The translations under genes and the position numbers were made by a program. A DNA stretch of 64,000 nucleotides from Negaprion brevirostris (lineage: Eukaryota), in the NCBI GenBank assembly GCA_030324005.1, contig JARDVH010000193.1, positions 36,191,871 through 36,255,870 of the forward strand, read 5' to 3'. Within the stretch, counting starts at the first letter, position 1. Each line of letters begins with the position of its first letter. The notes below the pieces were generated by a model. The model did not search any database, was not told where the DNA came from, and worked only from the letters and a program-made list of their open reading frames with translations. Shown in pieces: positions 1-11,984 of the stretch.

Positions 1-45
1 GGTGCTATGAGGCAGCAGTGCTAACCACTGTGCCACTGTGACACC
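1..45 (-). mobile_element. 5' head of HE1-like tRNA-derived V-SINE, cut by the window edge
   Basis: Reverse complement of cacagtggcacagtggttagcactgctgcctca, the A-box head shared by the other SINE copies here. Confidence 0.85.
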
Positions 46-539
46 CCAGTTTAGTCTGACTGTATTTTTTTATTAGCGGATCTCGTCACCTTTTGCCTCA
101 CACAAGGAAATAAAAACCATGCTTAATGCTCACAATTCCATTACTTAAACCTCCATAATCGATTTGTGCAATTCTTCCCTTTGATTATTGGGAGTTTAAG
201 CAGCCAAATCAGGCCATTTGATTGATTTCCAGATCTTTTTATCAGGACGTCAGATTTCTTCACAGACTTTAAATTTGTCTTCTCGTTTGCAACGTAAACT
301 GGGACCAACACCTAATAAGTCCTTTAGATTATCTGTTCTGATACTTTGACTTTCTTTTCATGTTTTATTTTGTTTAAATAATGATTCTTTGTTACTCTGT
401 GTGTACGTACAGTGCAACTGTGACCATACAAAGGCTGATGTGAAGAAAACCTGTCAGTTGAAAACTAATATAAATCTAATCTCAATTTGAAGTCCAAAGA
501 TTTTTGAGCAAAACTACAGGGCACTATTAACTGTACCTA

Positions 540-852
540 CATAGTGGCACAGTGTTTAACACTGCTGCCTCACAGCACCAGGGACTCCGGTTCAATTCTC
601 AGCTTGGTCATTGTCTGTGCGGAATCTGCACGTTCTCCCCGTGTCTGTGTGCGTTTCCTCAGGGTGCTCCAGTTTCCTCCCACAGTCTGAAAGAAGTGCT
701 GGTTAGGTGCATTGGCCATGTTAAATTTTCCCTCAGTGTACCCGAACAGGTGTCGGAGTATGACAACTAGGGGATTTTCACAGTAACTTCATTGCAGTGT
801 TAATGTAAGCCTACTTGTGGCACTAATAAATGCACTTTTAAACTTAAAACTT
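540..852 (+). mobile_element. Full-length HE1-like V-SINE, tail type A
   Basis: A box (gtggcacagtg), B box (ggttcaattc), central ttctccccgtgtctg..gtttcctcccacagtc domain; tail ttttcacagtaacttcattgcagtgttaatgtaagcctacttgtg..ctaataaa. Confidence 0.92.
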
Positions 853-1462
853 TGAATGATTTGCTGTTGGTATAAGGCAAGCATAGGTTGAAGAACTCAA
901 TGTTACAGGTATATATAAATGCACACTTACAGTTAATAAGGCTCTTTCTTAACTGGTAACGTGGTCTTGTGAAATGACTGCTACCCCGCCCCAATTAAGA
1001 CTCATTGCACCACCCCTACTCAAACCCAATACAGCCCATTACATATGTAATGTCAANNNNNNNNNNNNNNNNNNNNNNNNNNNNNNNNNNNNNNNNNNNN
1101 NNNNNNNNNNNNNNNNNNNNNNNNNNNNNNNNNNNNNNNNNNNNNNNNNNNNNNNNNNNNNNNNNNNNNNNNNNNNNNNNNNNNNNNNNNNNNNNNNNNN
1201 NNNNNNNNNNNNNNNNNNNNNNNNNNNNNTTAAAAGCTTGACATTACATATTCACTCTCCATTTGTTTATATTTATCTCTCTTCTTTTCCAGCTTTCTGG
1301 ACTGTAGTTCCTCTTCTTTATTCAGATTTCTCAATTTAGAAAATCAATGAAGTTACACAGTGACCATTTTTTTTCTGTCTGCTGGCCTAACTAGTTTGGT
1401 GTTTTGAATGATTGAAAATCCAAATTATGTCAGTAGGGGTACATATGTTATTTAGATAGAGG

Positions 1463-2078
1463 TACAGTAATGTCTCAAATCTGGGTATCCAAAATCCAGA
1501 ATCTTCTGAAAACTGGAATACTTATAAGCTTCTATGTATCAATTTTACTTGTCATTGGATGGTAAAATAATGTAATGGGACAATCTGGCTAGGTATTGGC
1601 ATGGTGACATAACGGACTGATTATTGGCTTCGCATGCCAGTTTTTTCTGCACTCTGAGTGGTCCAAGCAACCCTTGACCCCCATCTAACCCAACTTGGCA
1701 GGATCTGTCTGACCCGCATAAAACTGCCTCACCGATCCCCAATGATCTTGATGGTGATAGTAGTATTCTGTGCGGAGAATAAAGTATTATTTTTCAAACT
1801 TTATTAAAAATCAATTTGTCCTGATTTCATCCATCTACTATTAATTGAAATCAGAGGACTTCTTTCTCTGACAATCAGCAAGATCTGAAATCTGACACAA
1901 ACTCAGTCCCCAGTTTGCCAGTTAAGAGAAACTGAGGCTGGAATTTTCCAACTATTCATGCCAGTGGGATTTCCCCATCCTGCTGAAGTGAACGGAGATT
2001 TGGCTTGTCCTCAAAGTCTCCATCTTCGCTGCAGTGGGAGCATGGCGCGAGCAGGAGGTAAGATCGTGCCCTGTGTAT
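1463..2078. mobile_element. Possible decayed Tc1/mariner (Tigger/pogo-like) non-autonomous element
   Basis: Begins ta|cagt followed by repeated aaatcc/aaactgg motifs; a similar motif block at about 1870-1935 and a tgta end; very degenerate. Confidence 0.3.
1936..2071. mobile_element. Short PIF/Harbinger-type MITE
   Basis: Terminal ggctggaattttcc ... aagatcgtgccc; internal similarity to copies at about 17893 and 45117. Confidence 0.65.
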
Positions 2079-3106
2079 AACAATTGGACATTCGTTGACA
2101 AACTTGGAAACAACTTGTTGGAGCATTGTTAAAACTTAGTAATATATAAAGCGCCTGCTTGTGTCAATTGGTGCTGACAGATAATGGACTAGAGATGGTG
2201 AATTAATGGGAAGATTTTGCTTATGGCAGACAAATGTTTGGTATTTTGACTGCAGGAATATAGCAGCTGTTGGGAAATTTCAGAATTGGTAGATATTTTG
2301 CAAGTTACCACATTAAGGGCATTATATGAATGAATTGTTTTTGTCAAGACTCTTCTCAAGTGCCCTCCCAAAAAATATTTGTAAAAAAAAATTTCAAAGG
2401 CGTGTACATAGGAGAGAGGAAAAGCTTTTCTTCAGCTTTGCTGAACTAGATGTGAACCATTCAACTCAGAAACTGATATCATCGACTTCATACTAATAGG
2501 GCCACTTTCATCATTTAATCACTCTTGTTTAACAGCTCAGGATAAGCAGTACATGTAAACCTAAATTCCAGCTGCTCTGACTTCTTTTGATTACGTTGAG
2601 GGGGGGAAATAACTGTTGAATTAGTTTGAATTTAGATTCAGGGTACTTTGGTTGCTAAATAAAACACGTACATGTGCAAAAGGAAGAATGGGGAACAAAT
2701 AGCGTGACTGCCGCAATTGTGCTCACTGCTGCAGCCCGAATGGGTGGAGGCATGGGACAGATTGTGATTTTCTGCTTGGGTTTAAGTGCCCACATCGATG
2801 GCTCTTGTGTATTTTTGGAGAGAGAGTTTCACTTTAATGTGTGAAATCGTAGCGCACATGATTACCCATCATATAGAACAGGATCCCATTGTACATCCAG
2901 ACATGCATGTGAAGAAAAGCTCCATTTATAAAGGAGTCCTTAAAGGGCATGCCATTTGCAGTGATTTATTTTTAAAATGGCCTTTTTTTTAAAAAAACTT
3001 CTGTTTTTCTTAAATATTTTCCATGCCATTCTTCTGTGTTTTTCTGTGTTTTTTTTTCCACTATTTCCTCAGCTTATTTTTTTGTTTTGGTTTCTTTTGG
3101 CATCAG

Positions 3107-3225
3107 AACGTAGTCAAAAAGCTTCTGTGGAAAACAAAAGCATCCAAAAGCAGTCGACGGTAAATGAAGCATTTACAAAAGTTCAGCAGAATAATAACAT
3201 GGCAAAAGAAAAGCAGCCTGAATAG
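3107..3225 (+). CDS. Candidate exon of an unidentified host gene: (E)RSQKASVENKSIQKQST, then either spliced at 3159 or read through to VNEAFTKVQQNNNMAKEKQPE-stop
   Basis: About 100 nt pyrimidine-rich tract ending ttcttttggcatcAG (3105-3106); open frame to TAG at 3223-3225; internal donor ACG|GTAAAT at 3159/3160; non-repetitive context. Confidence 0.65.
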
Positions 3226-3712
3226 GAGTTTTTACAATACATTCACTCCAGTTCAGGGAGCGAGGAGCCGTTTATGCATGTTACAGACTCTTGGGCTGGT
3301 TGTCAGGACGATGTGAAATTAATAACGGGGGTTGCTTCAGAACGGTCTCAGTTTCATGATTTTGTAGTTGGTTGGTAGAAGCTGAAAGAAGACCCGCATC
3401 GGAACATCAACAGGCACCAAAGTCATTTTGTCAGTAACCACATATGGAAGTCTTGGCACATCTACCTGACAATAGACATCCAAGGCCGACTGGCTCTAAG
3501 TAACAGCGCCAAGACCTTGCTCAGTTGTGCCATCAGCTGCAAGGACACTTTCAGCCTCCCTTCCCCTGAGGGACAGCACTGCCAGGTCACCAAAAACCAC
3601 AACCTTTCTTCCTTTGCCTTTTTCCAATTAAGAGTAGATTTACTTCCCATTGATTATACCAGACCCACAGGTTACCATGTGTAGAACTTGCAACCCCTTC
3701 GCACCAAAAGTA

Positions 3713-5115
3713 CAGTTGACCAACTGCATCACACCTCTACATTTTCCAAACTTGAGAGGTCACTGATGTCAATGGTGTGGCTATATACAAGAAGCACATC
3801 CCAGCTTTTCCCCCTGCTACCAGTAAATGCTCCTAATCTTCACTGTGCCCGTGGGGGGTACAGGGGAACGCTGGTTGGCACTGCTGCCTCACAGCGCCAG
3901 GGACCCAGGTTCAATTCCCAGCTTGTGTGACTGTCAGTGTGCACGTTTCCCTCCGTGTCTGTGTGGGTTTCCTCTGGGTGCTTCAGTTTCCTCCCACACT
4001 CCAAAGATATGTCAGTCAGGTTGATTGCCTATGGTAAATTGTTCATTAGCGTCAGGAGTTTAGCAGGGTAAATACATGGGGTTGCAGGGATAGATCTTAG
4101 ATGGTGAAATTGTTGTCGGTGAGAACACAATGGGCTGAACGGCCTCTTTCTACGCCGTAGGGATTCCATTCTATGATCAGTTTCAGATTTAGAGTGACTG
4201 GAGATATCAGAATGCTGGCTCCTTCAAAAAGAGCTCACATTAACAGGCACAAACTTGGTGTGATGCTTATGTGGTTCCAAGTGACATGTCAAAGTTTTGT
4301 GCTTTAGTAGAATAATATCTGCAGACATTTCAAACCCAATCCAAAGGACAAGGGAGCATGTACCTTTTATGGAGTATAAACCAATTTCAATGTATAAAAA
4401 GCCCTGTGCTGATTGATTCAAATACTACTGTTTACCAGTGACTAACATGATGTAAAATGCAGCGTCTGCAATACAGTCATTACACATTTTGAAAAGGTTG
4501 TCACTACTTTTAGTTGTTGAGGTATTGAGATGAATGATTGGAAGCTGACATCATAATTGTACTTAAATCATGCTGAGTTGCATGGGCAATTATGAATCAT
4601 TCAATGCTAAAACTGATAGAGGTGGGATTATGTGGGTTATTACTGGACGTTTTTCTGTTCAGCAACATCTTCACAGTTTCAATAGGATGGCTGCTTAGGG
4701 GCAGAGGAGTGGATATTTCAGTGTTTAAAGCCCTGGAGTCTTTGCTAACTTCCGTCTGAGTTGCTACGAATTTTGTATGTTTCATTTTGATAAGGAATTC
4801 TGCTTTTCTTGATTCTGTGCTTATCATTGTTAGCAGTTAGAAATTATTTAATAATCAGATTTAATTTGCCCTGTCTTGTGTTTCTAGAACAAAAGCCCAA
4901 TTGACCAATTTCATCACACCTCTACATTTTCCAAATTTAAGGGGTTATTGATGTCAATGGTGTATGGCTATGTACCAGCAGTATTTCCAGCTTTCCCCCT
5001 GTCACCACTGAATACTTCTAATCTTCACTCTGACTAGATCAATTTCAGGCTTACAGCGACCAGGGATATCAGAACGCTGGCTCCAACACCGTCAAAAAGA
5101 GTTCATAATATCAGA
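3713..5115 (+). repeat. Old dispersed duplication of about 210 bp (3713-3847 plus 4175-4250, versus 4897-5115)
   Basis: Shared catcacacctctacattttccaaa..gatgtcaatggtgt..taatcttcact..gatatcagaa.gctggctcc..aaaaagag. Confidence 0.85.
3850..4177 (+). mobile_element. HE1-like V-SINE, tail type B (CR1/HER1-derived)
   Basis: gcactgctgcctcacagcgccagggacccaggttcaattcc head; tail gggctgaacggcctctttct..ggattcc..ttctatga. Confidence 0.9.
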
Positions 5116-5224
5116 ATGTTGTAGCACCTTTAATGGAATTTATTATCTCAAAATGCTTCACCGGTTTAAGGATTGTGGGATCACAGAAAAGGGGCCATAT
5201 AGAGCCTGTTCCATCATTCCATAA

Positions 5225-5577
5225 GCAAATGTGTCATTCAATGTATTCAAGGCTGAGTTAAATATAATCTGTTTGACAGGGGAGTTAAGGGTAATGGGGG
5301 GTCGGCAAGAAATGGAGTTAAGGTCACAATCAGATCGGCCGCAATCTTACCCAATGATGGAATAGGCTTGATATGGCCTACTGCTGTTCTGCTTCTTCTG
5401 ACCTTATAATCTTCTGACCTGAAAAGCATACTGAGTTGGTGAACTTAGGTGAAGGCGCTACAGAAATGCAAGTTATTTTTGTTGAATGTAACAAACTCCT
5501 CCTCATCTCCATTTTAAATGGGAGGCTCCTTATTTTTAAACTGTGTCCTCGAGTTCTGAAGTCCTCCCCAAGAGAAA
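5225..5577. mobile_element. CR1/HER1 LINE 3' fragments (+ strand 5225-5405; - strand about 5440-5577)
   Basis: ttcaaggctgagtta..gggagttaagggt..atggcctact tail; ctcctcatctccattttaaatgggagg antisense piece. Confidence 0.75.
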
Positions 5578-5603
5578 NNNNNNNNNNCCGTACTCAGGAT
5601 CTT

Positions 5604-6419
5604 GGGGGTGATTCTCCCTTCCCGCTGCGCTGATTTTTTAGCTCAGCAAGTCAGAAGATTCCAGTGGCGCCCAATCCACAGGATCCGCGCTGGGAGTCCC
5701 ACCCCGCTAGTGGCTCCCAGAGCTGGATTTCCAGCAGCATTAGCTCCTTGAGGAGCTCAGTGAGGAGCCACATAAATGATTTAAATGAATATTAACATTT
5801 ATTTTAAATACAATTTGTGGGCCTGGAACTTAGATCTCCGGACCTGCTGGCATCTTTCCCCCCATCAGAGTGGTTCACTCCAGCAGGGGTTACTTGTGGG
5901 GAGCTGGTGGCCTGACCCCACAGGAGTGAAAGGGGGCAATCGGGGCCCCCAGAGGGTCAGGGGCAGGGAGGTAGTGCCCTTGGGCATTGCCAGCTTGGCA
6001 GTGCCAGCCTGTGCCCTCTGGAACGGCCCAAGGAGCAAAGTGCTAATGCCCAAGGGCACCTTGGCTCTGCCCATTGGACATGGGACAGTGCCAAGGGAGC
6101 GGGACCTAATAGGGGCTGAGCCTGAAGGGGTGCGACCAAAGAGGGGGTGATTGATGGGAGTGTGGGGTAATAGGGGGCNNNNNNNNNNNNNNNNNNNNNN
6201 NNNNNNNNNNNNNNNNNNNNNNNNNNNNNNNNNNNNNNNNNNNNNNNNNNNNNNNNNNNNNNNNNNNNNNNNNNNNNNNNNNNNNNNNNNNNNNNNNNNN
6301 NNNNNNNNNNNNACAGACTGTGGGAGATTCTCTGAATTCCCACTGAGAAAACCAGTATGATTTACTCCAGGTTTCATGCAAATTTGACACTTAGAATATT
6401 TTTGGGAGAATTCTGCCCC
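5604..6419. mobile_element. GC-rich PIF/Harbinger-type MITE, contains a gap
   Basis: TIRs ggggtgattctccc ... gggagaattctgcccc; right subterminal region matches 25152-25790 and 42340-42585. Confidence 0.8.
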
Positions 6420-6474
6420 TCATGTTTCAACAAGATCAGCAATTATAAAGTTTAATATAGGCCTGACCTGCTAA

Positions 6475-6925
6475 ACCTTTCTTCATAGGACATGTTCCAA
6501 ACCCCTTGCAATAAAGGCCAACTTTTCAGTTCCTTTCTTGCTATACTTGTATGCAACTTCTTGCGAATCATGTATGAGGACATTGATATCCCTCTGTACT
6601 GCAGCAGGCTGTAGTCTCTGTCCAATTAAATAATATACTGTTCTTCCTGTCAAAGTGGCCGATTTCACACATTATACTCCATCTTCCAATTTTTTGCCCA
6701 TTTACTTTTAAGTCATCTATATTCCTTTGCAGACTCTCGGTATTCTCCTCACAACTTGCTTTCCTACCTACTTTGTAGCATCAACAAATTTGGCTACTAT
6801 ACAGCCATTAGTTTAAATTGTTAATAGTTGAAGCCCTACAACACTCCATAAGTTACAGTTTGCTAACCTGAAAATGACCCATTTATCCAGCTTCCCTGTT
6901 TTCTGTTAGTTAGACCATCCTCTAC
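6475..6925 (-). mobile_element. CR1 LINE RT fragment
   Basis: ORF 6483-6668 VQRDINVLIHDS..LAFIARGLE; decayed KFADD region. Confidence 0.88.
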
Positions 6926-6939
6926 ATGTTGAGCCATAT

Positions 6940-7210
6940 ACAGAGATATTAGGAACATTACAGAAAAGATTGGTTGAAGAGATGGATTTTACAGGATGCC
7001 TTTTAAGTGGAAAGATGTAGAAGATGGAGAAACTCCAGTGCTTAGGGCCAAGGCAGCTAAAGGTAGCAAAGGAAATCAGAAGGAGTGTAAGAGAGCAGAC
7101 TGGACGGAAGGCAAAGTTCTCAGATGATGGTCAGGCTGGAGGAGGCTGCGGAGATACTGAGGAACCAAGCTACACAGGGATTTGAAAATTAGGGTGGGGA
7201 TTTTAAACTT
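6940..7210 (-). mobile_element. L2-clade LINE 3' fragment
   Basis: actccagtgcttagggccaaggcagctaaagg is antisense to the L2 end motif also seen at 20770-20800. Confidence 0.6.
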
Positions 7211-7830
7211 ATTCCCAGAAAGTGACCTAATGGAAAAATCTCAGTCAGAGTATTCAGCTAAACTTCTGCTGGTTGAGGTGAGTGAGAAGAAAGAAGCATG
7301 TCTCCCTCACTACTTTTTAATTAACACGACGGATGTCAACGTTATAGGATATCATTATATTGTTTTCACATTAAAGCTCTATATGCAGTTTTTACACAGC
7401 CTGAAAGGACTTATCTTAGTGTTATATTGCTCCTAATTTCAAAAGGCCCTACAAAGCACTAATCTATTAGTATAATGCATAAACATGGCATATTGACTGT
7501 AGATGATTTAAAATTACACATTCATAATAATAAATTGGCAAACTTTTTGATGCAGGAATTGCAAGAAGCCATTCAGAGAAGGAAGAAGTGCCTTTTCTGT
7601 AAACAGTGTTGCATATTTTACATACAGAAGCCCAATTCTAGTAATATCATGGGTAAAAAAAATATTAATTTACTGTGGACTTTGGACTATCAATATCTAG
7701 CCTACTACAAAGCACAACTCTAAAATGTAATACTGACATATTAAAATTTAGAGAAAGATTTTAAAGTAATTCAGGAATATGATTCATTCTGCACTCCCTG
7801 TCTAACTTCTTCATTTTCTCCTTAATATAG

Positions 7831-7865
7831 AGGTTGCATTTTGACAGAACTATTTCATTAACTGG
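7831..7865 (+). CDS. Candidate 35-nt microexon, RLHFDRTISLT(G)
   Basis: Branch-like tCTAAC at 7801-7806, tract ttcttcattttctcctt, AG at 7829-7830, donor GG|GTGAGT at 7865/7866; open in phase 0. Confidence 0.65.
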
Positions 7866-9459
7866 GTGAGTATCGAATGAAATGGGTCTACCTTGTATTG
7901 ATTGCAAATATTAAGAAAAAGTCTATTTATGACAAGAACTCCTGTTGACCAGTTCATATTTTTGACATCTCAGCTTCAGTTGAAAAAAGCAATGAAAAAA
8001 TGCAGTTCTTCTCACCAGACCTCCTAACATTCTCAGGTTAATGCCATAGGGTGATTGTTTTTCATTGCTCGGTCTTTATGAGGACCACCTAGTCAACACA
8101 TGTGCACCAGTAAATTCAATCCTCTGATCGCATTTCAGATGTTTTAAATTTTATTTGAGATCTTTGGATGGTTCTGTTGCTGAAGTATAGTATGTTTCCT
8201 TTTAATTTTACCAATTTTAAACCAAGTATGCATTCCATTGTGAGGCTGTTCAATCAAACATATAACAATCATAACAGAAATAGTTCATTTCCCAGTTCAG
8301 AGACATCTTTTTTTACAATCACTGTTTAAGTCAATGGATGTTACGCTCTTCATCTGACACGACAGCTGAACAATCTTCCCACTACTGCATTAATAAATTA
8401 CTTTTATTGAAGCTGATGCTTAATTAAAAGATTATTGTAGTACATGAACCAGGAAAAGAGAAGGCTTTTGCTTTCAAATACATATTAGGGTGGTGCAACC
8501 TTTGTGCTTTGTGGAGCACAATGATCACTAGAGGTGAAACCGTTTACACACCGTGATATGTAAGAGGCACTCGGGGCCTGACTGCCTGTACCAGACCAGC
8601 TGCTTTCAGTTCCGAAAGCTCCTGAGGGAACACAGAGGGGAGAATGTGTGATCCATCCGGGATTGTGTTAGCAGACAGAGTAAAATGACACTGTTGTGTG
8701 TGGTGTGACAATCCAGAATCCTGACAGCAAACAGAAGGTCTGCAAAGGTTTTTAGTACGTGTTAGTCTTCAAGATCACAACCTACGAACATATTGAAGCT
8801 ATCCAATTTGGTGCTATTCATTTCTGATTACTCCACATTAATTTCCATTTAAAATATCAGGATAGTTTATGAAATACAAACTGAAGCTCAGTATCATTGT
8901 ACTTACAATGTAGAGTCCTGTTTGCATCTAACATAACAGAAAGGAGTTTTGGTTTACAGTTAAAAATCGTTCGAGTTCGTTTCACACGTATTATTAAATC
9001 TTTGGTCCCAGCTATAATAACATAATACTTTTAAATGAATAATGACTGGAACAGTAAATAAATGTGCTTGTTGTAAAATTTAATATTGACCTGAAGGAAC
9101 AGGAATGCTAATTAGTTTGCACTGCAAAAACAATTAGTAGCTTTTTCAGGTTTAAATGAATTTAGGAATATATTGAAATGCCCGTATCCAGGCCGTGGAG
9201 TCAGGCTAATGTTAAAAGGCTGCAAGGACTTGTGTACTTTGTGTTTAAGCATAAACATTGGGCTGCTGTTCTGCAATCCAGCTCTATAATTTGAAACATC
9301 TTGAAGAAAGCTAAATGTCTTCTAAATTATTAAGGGTAACAAGGGATCATCAGGGGTTCAACTATGCAATGTTGATCACAAAATGAAAAGCCGTGTGTTT
9401 TTTTTCAATGAATACATTTGTTCATGCTAGAAGTGTTTTACTGTACATGTCTTTCCTAG

Positions 9460-9538
9460 GAAATGTGAGGGAGGGCTATGTTTTATGAAAAAGGGATTCA
9501 ACCAAAGACCCCACAGGCCTGTTATCCATTCAGTTTAA
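9460..9538 (+). CDS. Possible alternative terminal exon, (G)KCEGGLCFMKKGFNQRPHRPVIHSV-stop
   Basis: Acceptor tgtctttcctAG; open in the phase-2 frame left by the 7831 microexon, up to TAA at 9536-9538. Confidence 0.3.
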
Positions 9539-10497
9539 TTAACCACATAAATTATTTGCTATTCAAAGTATAACTTATTTATCATATCGGAGGCATCTTC
9601 GATATTCAGTGGATGTCCATTTGTAACATAATATTGCCACTAGCATAACCATTAAAACATTCTGCTGCATCACACAATTATTATAATCCTTCAGCTTTGA
9701 TAGAATATAGATTTGTACATGATCTTCTTTCATAAATCCTAAAGAAATATTACCACAGCTCCAAATTAATCTGGAATTAACCAGTTATTAGATTTCAGAT
9801 GTTGCATATGATCAGATGTTAAATGGATTTTTATAATGAGGGCCTGTTTCAAGTAGGATTATTCTAAACAATACTGTAAGAAAATGTTTAGAGTATTAAA
9901 ATTACCTATTATTGATCCACTCCAGAGATTTTCATCAACAAACCTAAAGCAGATTCTCTGAAACACTGACTGTCAGTGCGTGTGCAAGGCAGCACATGCT
10001 TTCAGCAACATAAATATGTCTAACCTAAATGGGGAACTGATCTCTATTGACAAGAGAGATACAAATGTGGATGAAGGAAAGGAAATATCCCACTCCTCTG
10101 TAAGCAAATCAAAATTAAAAGCTTGGCGCAGAATTGCAAAGTTAAGAAGGTTAACAGCACTGTTAAGATGCTTCGTGCAGCTATTGTCGCTGACTGTTGA
10201 GGCCACTGTTTGCTATCAACCTCATTGTACTGATGTAAAAATATTTAATTCACAATACATCAGGTCATAACGTGCAAGAAAGCACATGTTAATGAGCTTT
10301 AATAGCAAAGGCAAAGACATTATTGCCTCCTGACTTACTTATCAGAGTAGGTAAGTAGATATAGCAAGTGGTTCTGTACTGCTGGGAGTTCATGCAATCA
10401 CACAGCCTGACTGAAAGCCCTTCAAATTAACCCTTATCAGTGGGCCAAACTACAATTCCATATAAATACACCACAGTTTTTTAAAAATTTCATTTAC

Positions 10498-10858
10498 ATA
10501 TTAGTGTCACAAGTAGGCTTACATTAATCCAAAAGACGTGCTGATTAGATTCATTGGCCATGCTAAATTTTCTCTCAGTGTACCCGAACAACCGCCAGAT
10601 GTGGCAATTAGGGAATTTTCACAGTAACTTCATTGCAGTGTTAATGTTTGCCTACTTGTGACATGAATCAATAAACTTTAAAAAACTTTAACACTGCAAT
10701 GAAGTTACAATGAAAATGGTCTTACAGATGGGGGAAAACCGGAGCACCCAGGGGAAACCCATGCAGACACGGGGAGAACTTGCACACTCTGCAGAATCAG
10801 TGACCCAAGCCAGGAATCGAACCCAGATCCTTGGCATTGTAAGGCAGCAGTGCCACCC
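10498..10858. mobile_element. Minus-strand type A V-SINE with a 5'-truncated plus-strand copy (10529-10690) inserted in its tail
   Basis: ttagtgtcacaagtaggcttacattaa | inserted SINE 3' half | aacactgcaatgaagttac..ggagcacccaggggaaaccc..ggcagcagtg. Confidence 0.88.
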
Positions 10859-11608
10859 CATAGTTCACATCTATGGTCAGAAAGATGAAAAACAATCTCA
10901 GATGCCCTGTCTACACAATCATGATATGGTAGTGAATTTGTTCATGACTAGTTTACCATTAGTTTTCTTGATTTAACAATTAGTTATTTCTATTCCACAA
11001 TCCAATGGAACAGGATGGCTTTATGAACATTTAATCATCAAAATTAGATCATTTATCAACAATTTCTGAGATTATAAATTAGTTGTCATTACTTGCCAGA
11101 AAAAAAAATCTGAATTTGTTTTTGTATCAACAAACCACTGAAACCAATGCTAAACTAAGTGATACAGTTTACTTGTGGCAGACCTAACCCTGAATCAGAT
11201 AGTCTGACTGAATCTTTGCAGATTGCAATGGACATCAACCATTAGGCCAACGGCAAATAAACCACCAGGTAGGAGGACAAAAATGATTACCTTTGTTGCT
11301 GTGGCAGCAGGTAGACAGTCAATATCAAATAACATGGTTGCACAATTACTGCATTTGCTCAAAAGAGTATTTTCATNNNNNNNNNNNNNNNNNNNNNNNN
11401 NNNNNNNNNNNNNNNNNNNNNNNNNNNNNNNNNNNNNNNNNNNNNNNNNNNNNNNNNNNNNNNNNNNNNNNNNNNNNNNNNNNNNNNNNNNNNNNNNNNN
11501 NNNNNNNNNNNNNNNNNNNNNNNNNNNNNNNNNNNNNNNNNNNNNNNNNNNNNNNNNNNNNNNNNNNNNNNNNNNNNNNNNNNNNNNNNNNNNNNNNNNN
11601 NNNNNNNN

Positions 11609-11740
11609 GTGCTAAATTTGCCCCTTAACGTTAGGGAGATTTGCAGGATAAATACAAGGGGTGCAGGGATAGGGACTGGATGGGATTGTTGTTGATGCAG
11701 GCTCGATGGCCTCCTTCTGCACTGTAGAGATTCTATGGTT
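11609..11740 (+). mobile_element. V-SINE 3' half (type B tail), after a gap
   Basis: gctaaatttgcccc..ggcctccttctgcactgtagagattctatg. Confidence 0.85.
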
Positions 11741-11984
11741 ATCATAATTTCTTTTAAAGGAGTGGGCACATTTGACCCAATAATTATCTAAACTGAAGTG
11801 GTTAGTTACTCTTAATTCTCATTTTTAATATTTGCAAAATGGATTAAAGGAGCGAGATCACTTTGCAAAGCAAAGGCCATTGTGGCCAGAAGTACAATTA
11901 GAGAGGAATCCTGAAGTCCAGCATTTCTTTTGTTACCCTCCAAACTGCAGCACAAATGTAAACATGACAGACCCTGAGTTCAAA

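Noticed and set aside
540-610. tRNA-like A and B boxes here and in other copies
   Set aside because: These are SINE heads followed by SINE body and tail, not tRNA genes
2977-3106. Hydrophobic Phe/Leu-rich N-terminus of ORF 2977-3225 resembling a signal or TM segment
   Set aside because: It is the translation of the polypyrimidine tract; better explained as intron before the AG at 3105-3106
9980-10356. 96-aa ORF and a nearby perfect AG|GTAAGT donor at about 10350
   Set aside because: No convincing acceptor and frame link the two, and I recognise no homology
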